Position numbers and translations under genes: made by a program. A model generated the notes under the pieces. It was not told the DNA's origin and searched no databases. It worked only from the letters and a program-made list of their open reading frames with translations. Shown here piece by piece: positions 1 to 15,804 of a DNA stretch of 64,000 nt. The stretch is from Utricularia gibba (lineage: Eukaryota > Plantae > Magnoliophyta): assembly GCA_002189035.1 (NCBI GenBank), contig CM007989.1:1240001-1304000 (forward strand), given 5' to 3'. How positions within the stretch are numbered: position 1 is the first letter of the stretch; each line of letters begins with the position of its first letter.

Positions 1-385
1 GAATTTTGTGAGAAAGCAATTCGAACAAATTGCGGACTTGTTAGAATAACAAGTATATTCTTGTAAAAAAAAGAATAGTCTTTTGAAGAACAGTGGTTGA
101 AGTTGAAGACCGCGTTTGGTGGACGGAGCCCCCGAAGACGAAAACGTGTAAAATTTTGCATCTTGACACGAAGCGCAACGCGCCAATGCACAACTACTCG
201 TTGGGGGTTCCTCCGGTAGGAGAAGAGAACAGCAAAGCGCCACGCTTTTTCCCACTACTGTTGACTTGCGCACCACATATTCGCTAAAGTTCGCATTAAA
301 AAGCAATCTTTGACGATAACAACGCACGAAAGGCCTCTCTTTTAAGAGTGTAGGGGGTAATACAAATGCTTTTGATGGTGAGTGA

Positions 386-2296
386 ATGAGGGACCAGATG
401 GAGAAGGATATGGGTGGTGAATCTGGGGAAGTTCTTCCCAATTGGGAAAGCATGGAGGAGAATTCATCTGCGGCGGCATCTGGGTCTGATGTTTCTGTCG
501 GCAGAGCTACTTTTCCTGTGAGTTCTAGTCGCTTCTCTGGGTCTGCTGAAATGTGATCTACTTTATCTGTATCATTTCTTGTCTATTAATCTGCGTAAGA
601 TTTCCTTTTCCAGTATTGCGCACAAGCGAATTTTAGTCTCTCCCGTTGTAGTCTGCAATTAAAGCTTAGATTTTTAGTAGTTGTTATATTTGACTGGAGA
701 TCCAGAGTGCGGAAATCCGGCATATTGGATCCAAAATCTAGTTTAAGTTGGCAACAAATATTCCCATAGCCTGGGATATGTTTTGATTGGGTTGTCGAAC
801 TGGAGACATTTTGCAGGTCCAGCGCCATGCCTTTCTGCAAGAGGCATATCAATTCTATGCTGACTGCCAAATTTGAATGGATTAATCTTCTAGCTTTCTG
901 TTTAGTCTGTAGTCTACTGATTATCAAAAGGCTGCCTTTTTGGATTGCCTCAAAAGGAATTGCTCCCTCCCCTCTTAGTTTTGATTCTTGGAATTGCATT
1001 TCCCTTGTGATGTTTCATCTCTGTGTCATCCACCATGTGTACCTTGTTTATCTAATTATGGTGGATCTACAATTTAAACTAAGTTGGTAGCCTTTGTAGT
1101 GAAATAAGTGATGCATAGTTTTACAATATGGTTGTCTGAAATTTCCCTCTAGCTTCACATTGCAGCTGGAAAATGCTTCTGAAGATTCTTCTAAACCAAA
1201 AACAAACCAGGTACAGTTCAACTTCATCCCTTCCCGTCGCCATGGGAAGTGGTCCGATATCGGAGGACGATCCGAGATGGAGGACACTCATATTTGCATA
1301 CCTGATCTGGCTTCAAGCTATGGCTATCCTATGTGCAGTGAGGAAACTGCCATATCATTCTATGGAGTAAGTCATTTGGCAAAGCTCTGCTTTGTCTGAG
1401 AATCTACTTATCTCTCCCTTGTGTTGCCATCCAAGATATATGCGATTTGATCTTCTTGGGCAGGTGTTTGATGGCCATGGCGGAAAAGGCGCGGCGCAGT
1501 TTGTTCGTGATCACTTGCCGAGGATCATCGTTCAGGACTCCAAGTTCCCCTTGGAGCTTGACAAGGTGGTGACAAGATCCTTCATGGAGACGGATGCTGC
1601 CTTTGCCAAGGCCTGTTCTGTTGAGTCCACACTGTCATCCGGCACTACTGCACTAACTGCAATGATCTTTGGCAGGTAAATGAGCGCAAACCAACTTTTG
1701 CTAGCGAGTTTTGATGGTATCTGAGCTCTGTGTATGCTTGGAACAGGTCATTGCTGGTGGCTAATGCGGGGGATTGTCGCGCCGTGCTGTCGCGAAACGG
1801 AGTTGCGATCGAGATGTCTGTAGATCACAGACCTTGCTGTGTGGAAGAACGGGTGAGGATCGAATCGGTAGGAGGATATGTGGATGATGGATACTTGAAT
1901 GGCCAGCTGAGCGTCACACGGGCACTGGGAAACTGGCACATCAAGGGGCTGAAAGAGGGGGGCCTCCTGAGCGCAGAGCCTGAAGTGAGGCAAACAACAC
2001 TTACAAAGGAGGATGAGTTCCTGATCATCGGCAGTGATGGGATATGGGATGTCTTCAGGAGCCAGAATGCGGTGGACTTTGCCCGGAGAAAGCTCCAGGA
2101 GCACAACAATGTCAAGCTATGCTGCATGGACATTGTTGAAGAAGCTAAAAAACGAGGCGCAACTGATAATCTTACAGTGGTGATGGTCTGCTTCCACAAC
2201 GAACCGCCGTCTGCCCGGATCAGCTCGCCGAGGCCAAGGGTCAGGAGATGCATCTCTGTTGAAGGGCTGCAAAGCCTCAAGTTCCTGCTTCAATGA
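386..2296 (+). CDS. Protein phosphatase 2C (4 exons: 386-517, 1166-1366, 1464-1675, 1747-2296)
   Basis: GT-AG exons splice in frame. PP2C motifs present: SGKWSDIGGRSEMEDTH-like motif, GVFDGHGG, SGTTA, VANAGDCRAV, RALG, IIGSDGIWDV, DNLTVV. The start could instead be the Met at 398. Confidence 0.93.
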
Positions 2297-2681
2297 GCAC
2301 CTGAAGAAACTACACATTTTTCTCATACATGTAAAATTTTAGACACCCATTCATCCACAGGAGATTATTCATCTGAGAAATGCAAAATGCATTTGAACTT
2401 CATGTATGATTTCAGTGACAACAATAAAGCCAGCATCGGATGATGATGCAGTGTACCAACAATCATTCTGAGCATCTGCAGAGTCTCATTCGAAGTGAAT
2501 CTCAACAAGAAATCTACTGAGTACAACCCTAAGACAAAAAAGTTCTTGTACAAAGAAAATTTGCTTTGAAACAAAACTAAGGCATATTTTTGTATATACA
2601 CGTACTCTGGAGTCCGCTGGCGCTAGCATGACCGTAACAAGCTTCTTTTTTTTTTTTTTTTCTTCTGTCGATTGTTCAGAT

Positions 2682-5600
2682 TCAGCTAAGGGCATGGTGT
2701 ACACGCTCAAGAATTTGCACGACCCGGTTTGCGACCAATGGTTTAGAAGGTTTCAAGCTGAGTTTATCCAGTGATGGGGTGTTCAACACAGCTTCTTGTT
2801 GTGTGCTTGTAAGCTCCAAGAACTGGGCAAGCATATCCCCATCCAGCATCTTTGGTGCCCCAGGCTGATAAATAAATATAGCATTATACCGTCGCCAATA
2901 TATGTTATTGCTACCAATAACACCGGAAAGCATAAGATGGCTTCTGTTAATGACTCGAGCCAGAGATGGAAATGCTTTAGAGCTTACCGGACATTCACGT
3001 CTCCGAAATTCATTATGATCATTCCCCAATATCGGTGATGTTAATTTGTGATTTGCAAGCTTGACCTGAACCTGCTCCAATAGCTCATATTCTTCCCTGC
3101 AAACATGGGTTGCATGGTTAACGCTGATAAAGCAATCGATGCTCAAGGTAAGCATTAAGAACTGCAACGAGAGAACTAGTATACTTGGTCATTTGGATGA
3201 AGACGATTACACTTCCTAATAATGTAGACGCCATGGTACACTTTCTTGAAAACTTTAGAGAATTTGCAGCATCCGGCTCCAACAAAAAAATATCTGTTGG
3301 AATCAATGCTCCCTGCAAGAAGGCTTTTATTATGAAGAGAGAAGAAATACTCCATATGGAATGTGTGAGAACAAGCAAAACGTGTTTGTGATGATCTGAT
3401 AGGTTTTATAATCACACAAACATATCCAAAAAGATGAAATCGCACGCAGTTCTGAACGTTGAAAAGATGCACATTCTTTTAATAAACAATCATACTATCC
3501 TGCAAATTCTCAGGGTAGATTTTCCTGAACCAGAATCTATCTCCTTGCCAGCCATTGACATCAGATCAAATTTTCCGTGTTAAAAAAACCTCAATAATAA
3601 TCTGTGTAATGAAATGATAATGCCTTAAAATTTACTGCGGCTTGCTTACACTGCAATCAGAAGTTACTGAAAAACCTACCTTCACCATGCTCATTGAAAT
3701 CTCCCCAGATAGTAAGAACAGGTTGGAGTCAGGTTGCGTTCTGGACTTGCGTTATCTGCAAGAGGGGAGAGAACAACAAAACAACTTTAACCATGTACCA
3801 ACATAACAGACTATTCTGGTAAAATAACCAATTTTGTTGACCTATTTGCATCGAAGGAATAAATTGCATTCTCAAGAAGTACATTTTTATACAGCCTAGC
3901 TCCCGGATTTAAACTTTATTTCTTTAATCACTTGGGACTTGCAATGCTGGCATCCAATGTAATACTACAAGCTAGGTGGCCCCAAGCCACGATACAGCAG
4001 TGGGCGGCATCAGGGTAAAGGTAGAATCACTTCGTGTATGAATGAGTTCAAGTGATTCATACAGAGGGTCTTCTTAGTGATGGCACGGCCTCCTAATGCC
4101 AGTCAGGACGTGACGAGCTACTATACAATACCCTGTTCAGTAAACCCTTGCTTTAAAACTCCTCACACAACCCTCTGCTCTCATCTGAAGATGAGACGAA
4201 CTATTGCATAACATCCAATTCAGTACAGTTCTAGTGAAATCTTAGCACAGTGTAAACCAACAAAAACCTTAGACTACGGAAATTGTATTCATTAAATTCT
4301 TCCAATGCTGCAAGGGGAATTTCAAATTCACATTTGAGTGTAATTTACCTTCTGAATGATTTGCAGAAGACATGACAACAACACTTCCCTTCCTATCAGA
4401 AACAAAGGCAGTATCAACATCCATAAGAAGGCAGTCCGCTACTAGTCTCTGGAAGGGATCACAAAAAACCTCCTCGAGTTTCCTAGAATCCTGGATGGGA
4501 AGGTAATAGGTTAAATGGGAGTGTAAATTTAAAGAAACTCCTTAAGACTAATATTTCAATTATTTTCAAATCTTTTACTTCCATGTCATTGAGGAATGGA
4601 ACATCAACTAGGGTATGAATTGAAATAACAGAAGCTGCGAGCCAAATACAAGGAAATAAGCTACCAACCTCATGATATGAATAAAAAAGAATACCATCAC
4701 GGCAATCACCAACAGCTATCCTTAATGAATGTGCGGTGAGAGTTGTGATAGCAAACCGTGTTCTTCCAACAGCCAGTCTCTTGACCTTCTGGGAGTTGTC
4801 AATGGGAAAGCCGCAGACATAAAACTGGTAGAAACAAATATTTCAATTGACTAACAACACATAAATCAATTGGTATGTGTACCATGTATTACAAAATTCA
4901 AAACTTACAGCATTACCAACAGAAGCTAAGAAATATCTATCAAGGTATCGGCATACAGAAACAACCATCCCTGGCCATTCAGTTTCATATGATAATCTTA
5001 AGTTCCACGAGCTAGTTTCCTCATATCTAATTTCATCACTCGTGCTTATCTCTCCAAATGTGGCCAACAGATTTTGCTGATTTGCGGAAAGATGGTGTAT
5101 GCTTTGCTTGTTATCAATACATAGAACTACCAACCGCCCTTTGGTACTGCACAATTCAAACAACTTAAAAGGTGAGATGCAAAGGCATACAAAATATCAA
5201 AATTCATGTTAGTAAATAAAAGAGAGGGAAGCAATAGGGATTAACAAAAGATCTCTGACCTTTCAGCTTCACCGCTTGGCATTATAGCTGGTCCAGTCGA
5301 TAGACTAGTACCAACCACCAATACTTGCTTGTTACCAACTTTTAGCAACTCCATGCATTTTCCTGTCTCACCTGGTCGAAATTTGAATGATGACAACACC
5401 ATGCCACTTGAAGGGGACACAAAGCAAATATCAGATGAACATGAGACGTCATCTAGCTCTGTCCGCATGACAAGCAACAACTTGCTTTCATCATGGTACA
5501 GAATGTTTCTTGGTGTCCCCCCTAAATGAAATGTCTGGACATTTATTCTCTTACTCGGAACCATTTCCACCTAGAAAAGATTTTAAAGAAAAAAAAAACC

Positions 5601-8600
5601 AAGCTTAGAACCCAGATTCTAATACTATGGAAGGTAGCAACATAATTGGTGAATTCAATCTAGGCTATTCTATAACAGCTCATATGACTCTCCTTTATGC
5701 GGAGCATCAAGAAGAAGCCGCTTAATACCCAAAAAAAAAACAAAAATCAAGGAGAATAACAGAAATATCATATATAATCTACACCATAAAGCATAAAAGC
5801 GAAATGGTTTACTACCAGGTGAAGACAACTTTCTGCCACGAACAATATTCCTGTGGGGCATTCGAATGAGGAAACAGGAGTCACATAAATAGAAGGCTGA
5901 AAGGAGATAGATGTGTAAGACAAACTGTGCCTTGCAGTCTTTAATAGCCAAGGCCTGTCACTGAGAACAATCATATCCGCATCAAGAGAATCACACAGTG
6001 GAACCAAAAAAACTGGAGTGATACCAATACGGCGGCATGCAATTAGTTGAAGACCAACTGGCTTCTCCCCCTCATTCTCTGCCTTCGCTGTGAATATTTT
6101 TGGGAGTTCAAAAAGCGAGGAGGATGAACTCAAAGCATGAGAATCATACTGACAAGGTTCATTAGTTGAAAAAAACGGTGAGCTGTTGGGCCACTCAAAT
6201 CTAAGCAGCATTCCATTCCTCAATCCTGAAAGAATATAGACACGGTCAACAACAACAAGCCTAACATCTTGTGGAACACATCCACCCACACTAGTTCCCT
6301 CATTATTGGTCAATGGCGTAATACCAACAGCATGAACCTGAATTCCCTTATCCAATGTGAAAGACAGAACCTCTACTGAAGGCCTATGAGTACCTATGAC
6401 AAACAAAACACCATGAAGATTTCCACTGACATGCCTTTTGTCTACAGAATCCAATAAAACTTTGTTCTGCTCAAGGTGTAGCTGGGGTATTGAGATACAG
6501 GACAACTCATTCTGAAGCTTTACACAATGCATCTGAAATATATTATATTTGTACAGGGAGGAAGATTTAATGCCGAGGATGCACAAGAAGCTTGGGCTGG
6601 AAGTTCCTACAACAATAACACCATGACCAACTGCTCCAAGGCTTATGGTCATATTGTTGGGATTCCATGCAGTTGTTTCTGGGCATGATAAAGGAATCCC
6701 TCCGGGATGCACCTTACTAATAGGCAAACAGACTCGAACTCCAAATTGATGAATTTGGACCAAGACTCCATCAGATACAGTGCCACAAGCTAGGGTACAA
6801 ACATCAGAATGAAAACCAATGGCCTCTGTCACGTCACAAAAATTAACACCAACAGACAGGACCCTAGTTTGCTCAACAAATGAAATCACCAGAAATGAAT
6901 GATAAGCATCAGACGCATTCATTTTTAGAGTCCATGTACCTGCAACACCTTGATAGACTGGATCAGTTTTCAACAAATTTTCTACACTGATGCCATTTCT
7001 AATGATTCTTAAGGACCCATCTGCTCCCAACCCAGAGCATGCAAAGATTCTTTCATCCTTCTCTTCAAGAAAATTGGCAATGCACATATCCAAAATCGGA
7101 GCAATATTTTGGATAGAACTTCTGTGTCGTAAAAATCCATCTTCAAATTTGAGGACTGCCCCATCAGCCATATCAAAAATGGCTGCCACCATTCCACTTT
7201 CCAGCCATACTAGAGCATTTGATGGCAAACCTTTGTAAAGAGAATCAGATAAGTTAACAAGAACAGTACCAGACTCAAAACACATTTCCATAGCGTATAT
7301 ATCACCAGAATCAACGCTTAAAATTATCCTAGGATTTTTTGTTGATCCTGCTTCCCAACTCCATGAACAAACATAGTTAGCATGAGCTTGTGCAGAACTA
7401 TAATCATCAACATTCATAGGATCATCGTTTTTATTTAGCTCCCCAAGCTCCAGCAATGCAGAGGCAGCAACGCTATACATGCCTTCTTCATCCATGATGT
7501 CAGGTATTCTAGTACTGTTACTATATTTGCTTTCTTCCAAAGAGCTAGAATTTAAAGCTGTCCTGTAAACATATGAAGGGTTGCTAACATCCCTGAAATC
7601 CATCAAAACAATGTCACCAGCCCTGAAAAGCAAGGCAAATCCACGAGACTCAGGAACTTCAACAACATGATATGCTAGGGGCCAGGCTTCTGCAAACTGA
7701 TATAACACATGGATGACTTGTTCTTCCATATCCCACTCCAACAATAACAACTCATTTCGATAGAAGGACCCTGACCTGAATCACATGCAATATGAATTAT
7801 TTGACAAAGGATAGTTATTCATCAGCGTTGCCAAAAACACTTGTGTTTCCATGTAAAAAGATGATATAATGTTTTATTACTAGTTCCAATGAACTTCAAT
7901 CACCTGTTCAGGAGGATAGCCAATAATGATTTGGGGGATTGGTTAGGCTGGCTGCACTCTTTTGAAATAAAGCACATGCTCCATATGGTACCAGAAAGGC
8001 TAGTAAAGCCACTTTTAGATTTCAATCGACCATCCTTTTCGGCAGGGCAGAGAATTTTCTGAGGTGAAAACATATAAAACAGACATAAACATAAATTTTA
8101 AACAAAAAAATGAGACTCAAATTTTTAAGGCTGATTAAAGAGAAAAACAGGTGTGGAATATAGAGGATACCACAACCTTATCAATGATATCACTGCTTAT
8201 GGACCTTGATAATGAGAAGATAGCCAACTGGTCCTCATAAGCACTTGCAGCAACAAAGGACCCACTGTAAAAAAAAAAAAAAAACGAACCAATTAAAGTA
8301 AGCCAGATATCCAATGTGTAATGTGAAAGCGCCTGTAAATAAAGCTACTAACGTGGAATGAACAGCCAGCATCCGGCCAACCTGATTCCTTACGTTCCCC
8401 GGACCAGAGAGTTGAACATGTGCGATTGATAAGAATCTAAACAAAGCAACTCAATTATCACACAACTCCAGATGATTCTGGAAGAGGCAATCTTCAATCA
8501 AACTGAAAATACACTCATGCAAATATTCGTCAAGAGATATTACAAAAAAAAACCTGTTCATTTCATTGGAAAAGGAGAGAAACGACAGCTTTCCTGAATC

Positions 8601-9585
8601 AGAAATGACAAGCAACATGTCCTTCGCTGTCACCTAAAATAAGGGAACACATCAACGCTTAACCAGGATGATGACAGCTCATCTTTGGCCTTACTTTAAA
8701 TAAAGAAATACCTCTGGATTCCAATCTCGGGACCTCTCTTTCCATGGCAGGACTGCAATATCTTTAATTGTACCAAAGACTGACTGCTCAGCAATGTTCT
8801 GAGCAATCCCATATTCATCGATTTTCACCAGCTCTATGGAGGTCTCCTGAAACAGTATTCTCCCTTTAACAGTAAGATAGTTAACACGCACTGAAAGATT
8901 AATCAGGATCCTAAAGGTATCACGAGTTTAGTTAGTGTAAGATACCACATTTTACACAATTCTATTCAATAAAAAAAACTCTGAAATAAACCCTATCATC
9001 CTAGAAAGTTCACTGTACCAAGCACATGATAACCACACAGAACCCTGCATACTCAAAGAGGAAAGACAAATTACGCGGTGTCACGTAAAGTTGATTCGTT
9101 TTCCATGCAGATGATGGAAAAACAAATCACTGGTAGAACACTCTGCTTCAACTTTTTGTGTATAGCAAATTTATGATTTTCTGGCATAAAGAAAACTAGT
9201 TTCAACAGCATACCAGTTGATCTGATGGAGAAAAAAGACCAGAAGTAAAGCTACATGTAAACAGCTACTAGTCTTTTATAACTTCTGAATCCTGAATTAC
9301 CGGCCTAGAGGCATTGCCTTCAGTAAAACAAAAAAGGAAAAAAAACACAATGCAGAAAATCATCGAGCGAACTTAACCAACCTTGCCGAATACGATATCA
9401 TAAGAAGACACGGAGCGGAAATGGCCACGAACAGCTTGGATAATGGCGCTTCCTTTAAGAACTGTTTTAGCCAAGTAAAAAGCATCCCCGCCATTCTTGG
9501 ATCTCGATCGCGAGTTACCACCAGTGTTTGAAGCAGCCGTCCGTGAGGACGAAGAAGATGGAGATTCTTTTTCCTGAATCGCCAT
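2682..9585 (-). CDS. DDB1/SF3B3(RSE1)/CPSF-A-family beta-propeller protein (Arabidopsis At3g11960-like); one apparent frameshift at 3703-3706
   Basis: About 14 exons traced from YLAKTVLKGS...IVFGK to ILDGDMLAQFLELT-like CPSF-A C-terminus (MLDGDMLAQFLELT...ILERVH). Includes a ~2 kb exon with NIAPILDM and GSLRIIRNGISVE. Confidence 0.88.
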
Positions 9586-10083
9586 TTATGATGTACAAAT
9601 TTGGAAGGTTTAGGGTTCTTATTCGGGACAGATGCTCCCCTGCGCCATAGCTGCCATGATCGAGCAACACGATTGGAGATAGAGAAGAAAAATATCTGCC
9701 TTCATCGCACGTAGATTATAAACATTTACGTGGCAAATTAATCGAAATCTTCTCCAGTTTCATCCAATATTTTAAATGATTAAAAAGCAGCGTAATATTT
9801 GTATGAGTAATTATATTTTAATTATTATTCTATTAAATATGATTCAATTTTTATTATAAATAATTACACAATTCAATTATAAAAATTGATTTAAATTAAA
9901 TCTTATATATAAATAAACGCCAGTGTGCTTGTCGATTCGGGAAATGGAAATGCAAGTATCCACTGTATTCTTCTCCCTGGCTGGTTCCATTGACACTTCG
10001 CTTCAGAGCCATGAAGATCCTCTCCAGCCAACTTTGATGAGTTGCATAAACTGCTCCTGTCGTTCATGACGCAATTCTCGGCA

Positions 10084-12891
10084 CTAGATGAAAGGGAATA
10101 TCAGGTACTCGGCGTAGAACAGATTCCATATGAATCGATAAAACACCGACACTGCATCCTGCGACGGTTCCAAAGAAGTTCGATAGGGATACAGAATCAT
10201 CCACAAGAGAAGGAGATGCCCTTAGATCTGTTAGCAATTACCTTTGTGTAGTTTGCCTTCTCCAGTATCCAAGCCTGCAACAACAAGATATGGCCGGGTT
10301 AGAGATAAAAGGTCTGTATGATATCTGAAACGTTTGAATGTTAGAGATGGGTTGTCTGGAAGGTGAGGATTGCAGTCAAAAAAGGCTGTTTTGGATGCAG
10401 AACCAACGAAAGTGAGTGTGGGAAGAGTAAGGTACCTGGAAGGTTAAGCACAGTGCCAGTGTAACGTGAGCAGGTATCATCAAACTCCTCTTGAAGGCCT
10501 GCAGAACATTCCTACTCAATAACTAGCTAGTAATAGCAACAAGAATGCAGGGAATATTCTGGAGCTACCAAGGGCAGATATATGGCTGCAAGTATAGCTC
10601 CAATGTAGTTTGTCAACAGCATTCCGTATCCAAGTAGGGAGATATTTCTCACACCAAGCTTTGTTGCCAGAGTAGATATCTGAAATCTATGCAAGACCAG
10701 TGTAAAGATCCTTACTACTAGAAAATGGAAGCAACGATGTAAGTTTAGGATCTGTGAATGAGTGTGATTTCAATAACAGGAATCTTGCTACTTGAACAGA
10801 AAACTGGCTGTTTTCAGAAGGGTTAGAGCAACTACTACCACAAGGAGGGAGGGAACGGGAACACCAGAAGACATTAAAAATTCAGAGATCAGAAAACTTA
10901 CTTCTGATCACCTTCAACGTCTGGAAGATCTTTTGTAATGGCAATAACAAGAGCGAATACAGTAACAAATGTGGTGATGAATGCAACCGGGGAGCTGCAA
11001 TTCAAACATGATCAATGAAAAAGAGCAGAATCAACTCTAGAAACGACGAAGCATTACTTCATTTCAATTTTTTTACAGTTTTGTGTATGCTGCAGGTCAT
11101 TTACTATGTACATTCTTCTATATTGGAATGGAAATATATTTTCATAGGATTTACCTCCATTCAAATGAAAGGCCAAGGGCAGCTCTTGTGGCATAATAGA
11201 CGCCATAATTTAGTAGGAAACCTCGTACCTGAGAAATGATTCATGCTTGTCAAAGCTTGCCTACAGACAGTGGACAATAACCAAGCTAAAGAGTCCATTT
11301 ATATTATACACTATTTTTGAACTACTTGAACTACCTAACCAATTCCATTTACTGCAGCTGATTCGTTGAACCATTAGTCACTTCTAATGACTCCCATTAC
11401 CGGGAATAAATTCACAAGGACATAAAACTAAACCAAATAAAGATAGAAAACAATGCTGCATTGCAACAAAAATCGCACCGTTGCTATTATAAGAAATGCT
11501 ATGGCTGGGTATCTCTTCATCCTAAATGGAGGAACAGAATAGATGGTTCCAAGGAATAGGCCAAGGCAGTAAAGAGAAGTAATGAACGGCCCAAAGTTCC
11601 ACCCAACAATCAGAAGACCAGCTGCCGCAAGAAATAACACCAAGAACCATGCAGATTTTTCTGAAAGATCACCTGCAGCTATTGGCAAGTATGGTTTGTT
11701 CACCCTGTAAATTGAAGGTACCAATCAAAAACTACGTGCATAGTAAACTTACAGCATCTGCAATTTCACGATTATGCTGAATGTGTTAAACTTAACTATT
11801 AAATATGAGGACTTACTTATCAATACCAACATCATATATTTGATTAATTCCCACTATGTAACCATTTCCACATATGAGGGCTAAAAGCCCAGACAATGCC
11901 TTCAGCACTAATGACCACCTTATCAGATTTGGATTCTCAATTAGAGCTCTGGCCACCAAAGAGCTGTTTAAGAAAAAACAACAGATTTGGGAGGGTGATT
12001 TACAAAATTCTGAGGACAAGAAACCTAAAATTGATTACATGATAGCAGTGGAAAATTCACTGAGATGAACTCTTACACGGATCCTAAGGTGGTTCCACGA
12101 ATCGTGTGTGGCCTAAGAAATCTCCAGAAGGCATCCCTGAAGTTGGAGCGTTCATTAAATACAGGACTAGTCCCAGCACCATCAAGTTTCGAGCAGACCT
12201 GTCATTTTTTAGCTTTAAAAGCAAACCAGTGAACAAAAAACAGTAGCTGATGATGTTCTCTTTGAAGTCCCAGCACCGTCAAGTTTCAAGCAGATACCCA
12301 TGACACTATTGGAAAAATCAGAAATAGACAGCTGAATCATACTGACAATCCGAGACTCTTTTGAGTGTAAGGAATAGAATGCAGCTTTATTGATTTTAGT
12401 TCTCGTAGTGAAATAGAACTTCCGTCACCCACTCCATGCCCAGCAAACAAAATGATATTTGATGGAATGCAAGGAAACATATTATTGGCAAAGCAAATTT
12501 CCTTCCGATTCAATTTCAATTCATTTGAATCATAGATTCACAAGAACACATTTTTGCCCCTACCCACAAACCCAAGAAGAGAACTACAAACTTGTCCCAG
12601 CATTGACAAACCATACATTCAGCAGTTCAAGAAGATTTTCCTCAAAAGAACAAACCAACACACTAAACAAACCCAGAAGGAACGATGCCCGTGGGCTTCC
12701 TTTGAGAGGTAGTGGTAGCGATTCCGGAAGTACACCGAAGAGCGCAAATACTTATCAATCTTGAGGCTTGTGGTAGCAGTTGTCAGAGTAGGCGGGGTGC
12801 AACTGGAAGAATGTACAGTGCGACAGGTCAAAGAAGCAGAAGCGGGATGAATCCCAGAAAAGGAAGAAGATGGGATTGTGAACAGTTCCAT
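10084..12891 (-). CDS. HST: Homogentisate solanesyltransferase, plastid (UbiA prenyltransferase)
   Basis: Transit-peptide-like exon 1, then [45 protein letters not shown] and [19 protein letters not shown]. All eight exons join in frame at GT-AG sites. Confidence 0.95.
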
Positions 12892-13873
12892 GTTCCTTCA
12901 AAGACTATCAATAATCGGCTTCGGTAAACAGAATCTCTTTCGACATGGTTGAGGCTTGCTCAGTAGAGACGATAATGGATGGGGCCTTAAGAAGCACCCT
13001 CTCGTTTGTGGACCAAATCCTGCATGGAGTACCATTTTTACCAGTTACATGATCTTCGAGAATCGGACGCGGACCCGGACACTTCAAAATCCCAAACTTC
13101 ATCCGACTGTAATGAAAAGTTTAAAATTTTCCTTGCTAATTTTCCATTAGTTTATTTATTCTTAAAAATAATTAACAAATGGGCCGCAATCAGGTGGGCT
13201 CAACCCAAGTTTGGATTCTAGAGTCAGAGGACGCAGCCCAGTCTGAGCCCAGTATTCAAAATTTAGATTACAAGTTTAATAAATTATTTATTGAAAACTA
13301 AAAATATAACAATTTTTATAAACATAAAGACCAATTCATGGCCTAGCCAAGGCAAAAAATAATTTTTTTACGAGGTAATATGAATATTCATTTTTTAAGA
13401 ACGAAGGTTTGAAAATCTATCTATATTACCTACAAACAATTCAAATGTTTTAAAATCTCGATCGTTAAAAATTGATCAAAAGTCTGAATGTATTAGGTTT
13501 CACTAATAAACATGTTATTATTGAATTTCTACAAAATGACGAGATGGAAAATAATGATAATGAAAAACGAGTGATTATAATTATATTAATGTAAAAGGTA
13601 TTTAATGCGTGTGGGATTTTCTCCATTTGGTTTGGTCCCCTCCACTTTAAAAGCTCAGTTGCTTGCAATGTAACGCACCATTCCTAAAGCTCAGGGGATA
13701 AGACGAGTGTGTAATGAGGATGAGAAAAGCAGTTATGGAGACTTTACAGATCATGAAGATGCACTCATGCATGGTTCCAATTCTTCTTTAAGCCCCCATT
13801 ATATGCATTGCCTTGTGTGAGCTTCCATTGCTGCACTTTGTCTCATCTGAGTATCTTCAAGCTGTGTTCTTGA

Positions 13874-15592
<1,719 letters not shown>

Positions 15593-15804
15593 CCAGCAAT
15601 GTTCAAGTAGCATATTCAGAAAGCCATACACTGTGTATAATGTTGATGAAAAACAGATCATCCCAATTGTACTATAAACATGAAGCTATCTGATATTTAT
15701 ATATAACAGATGATGGTATGTCCAAAAAGACAAGAACTTTGATCTCACAATTTACTCCCTGTATTAGTGATGGATCAGCACAAGATGTGCCACTGCTACA
15801 AGGA

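Noticed and set aside
8161-8172. GTATCCTC on the minus strand as a U12 donor
   Set aside because: The protein alignment uses the GT donor a few bases upstream (DIIDK|KIL); the motif lies inside an ordinary intron.
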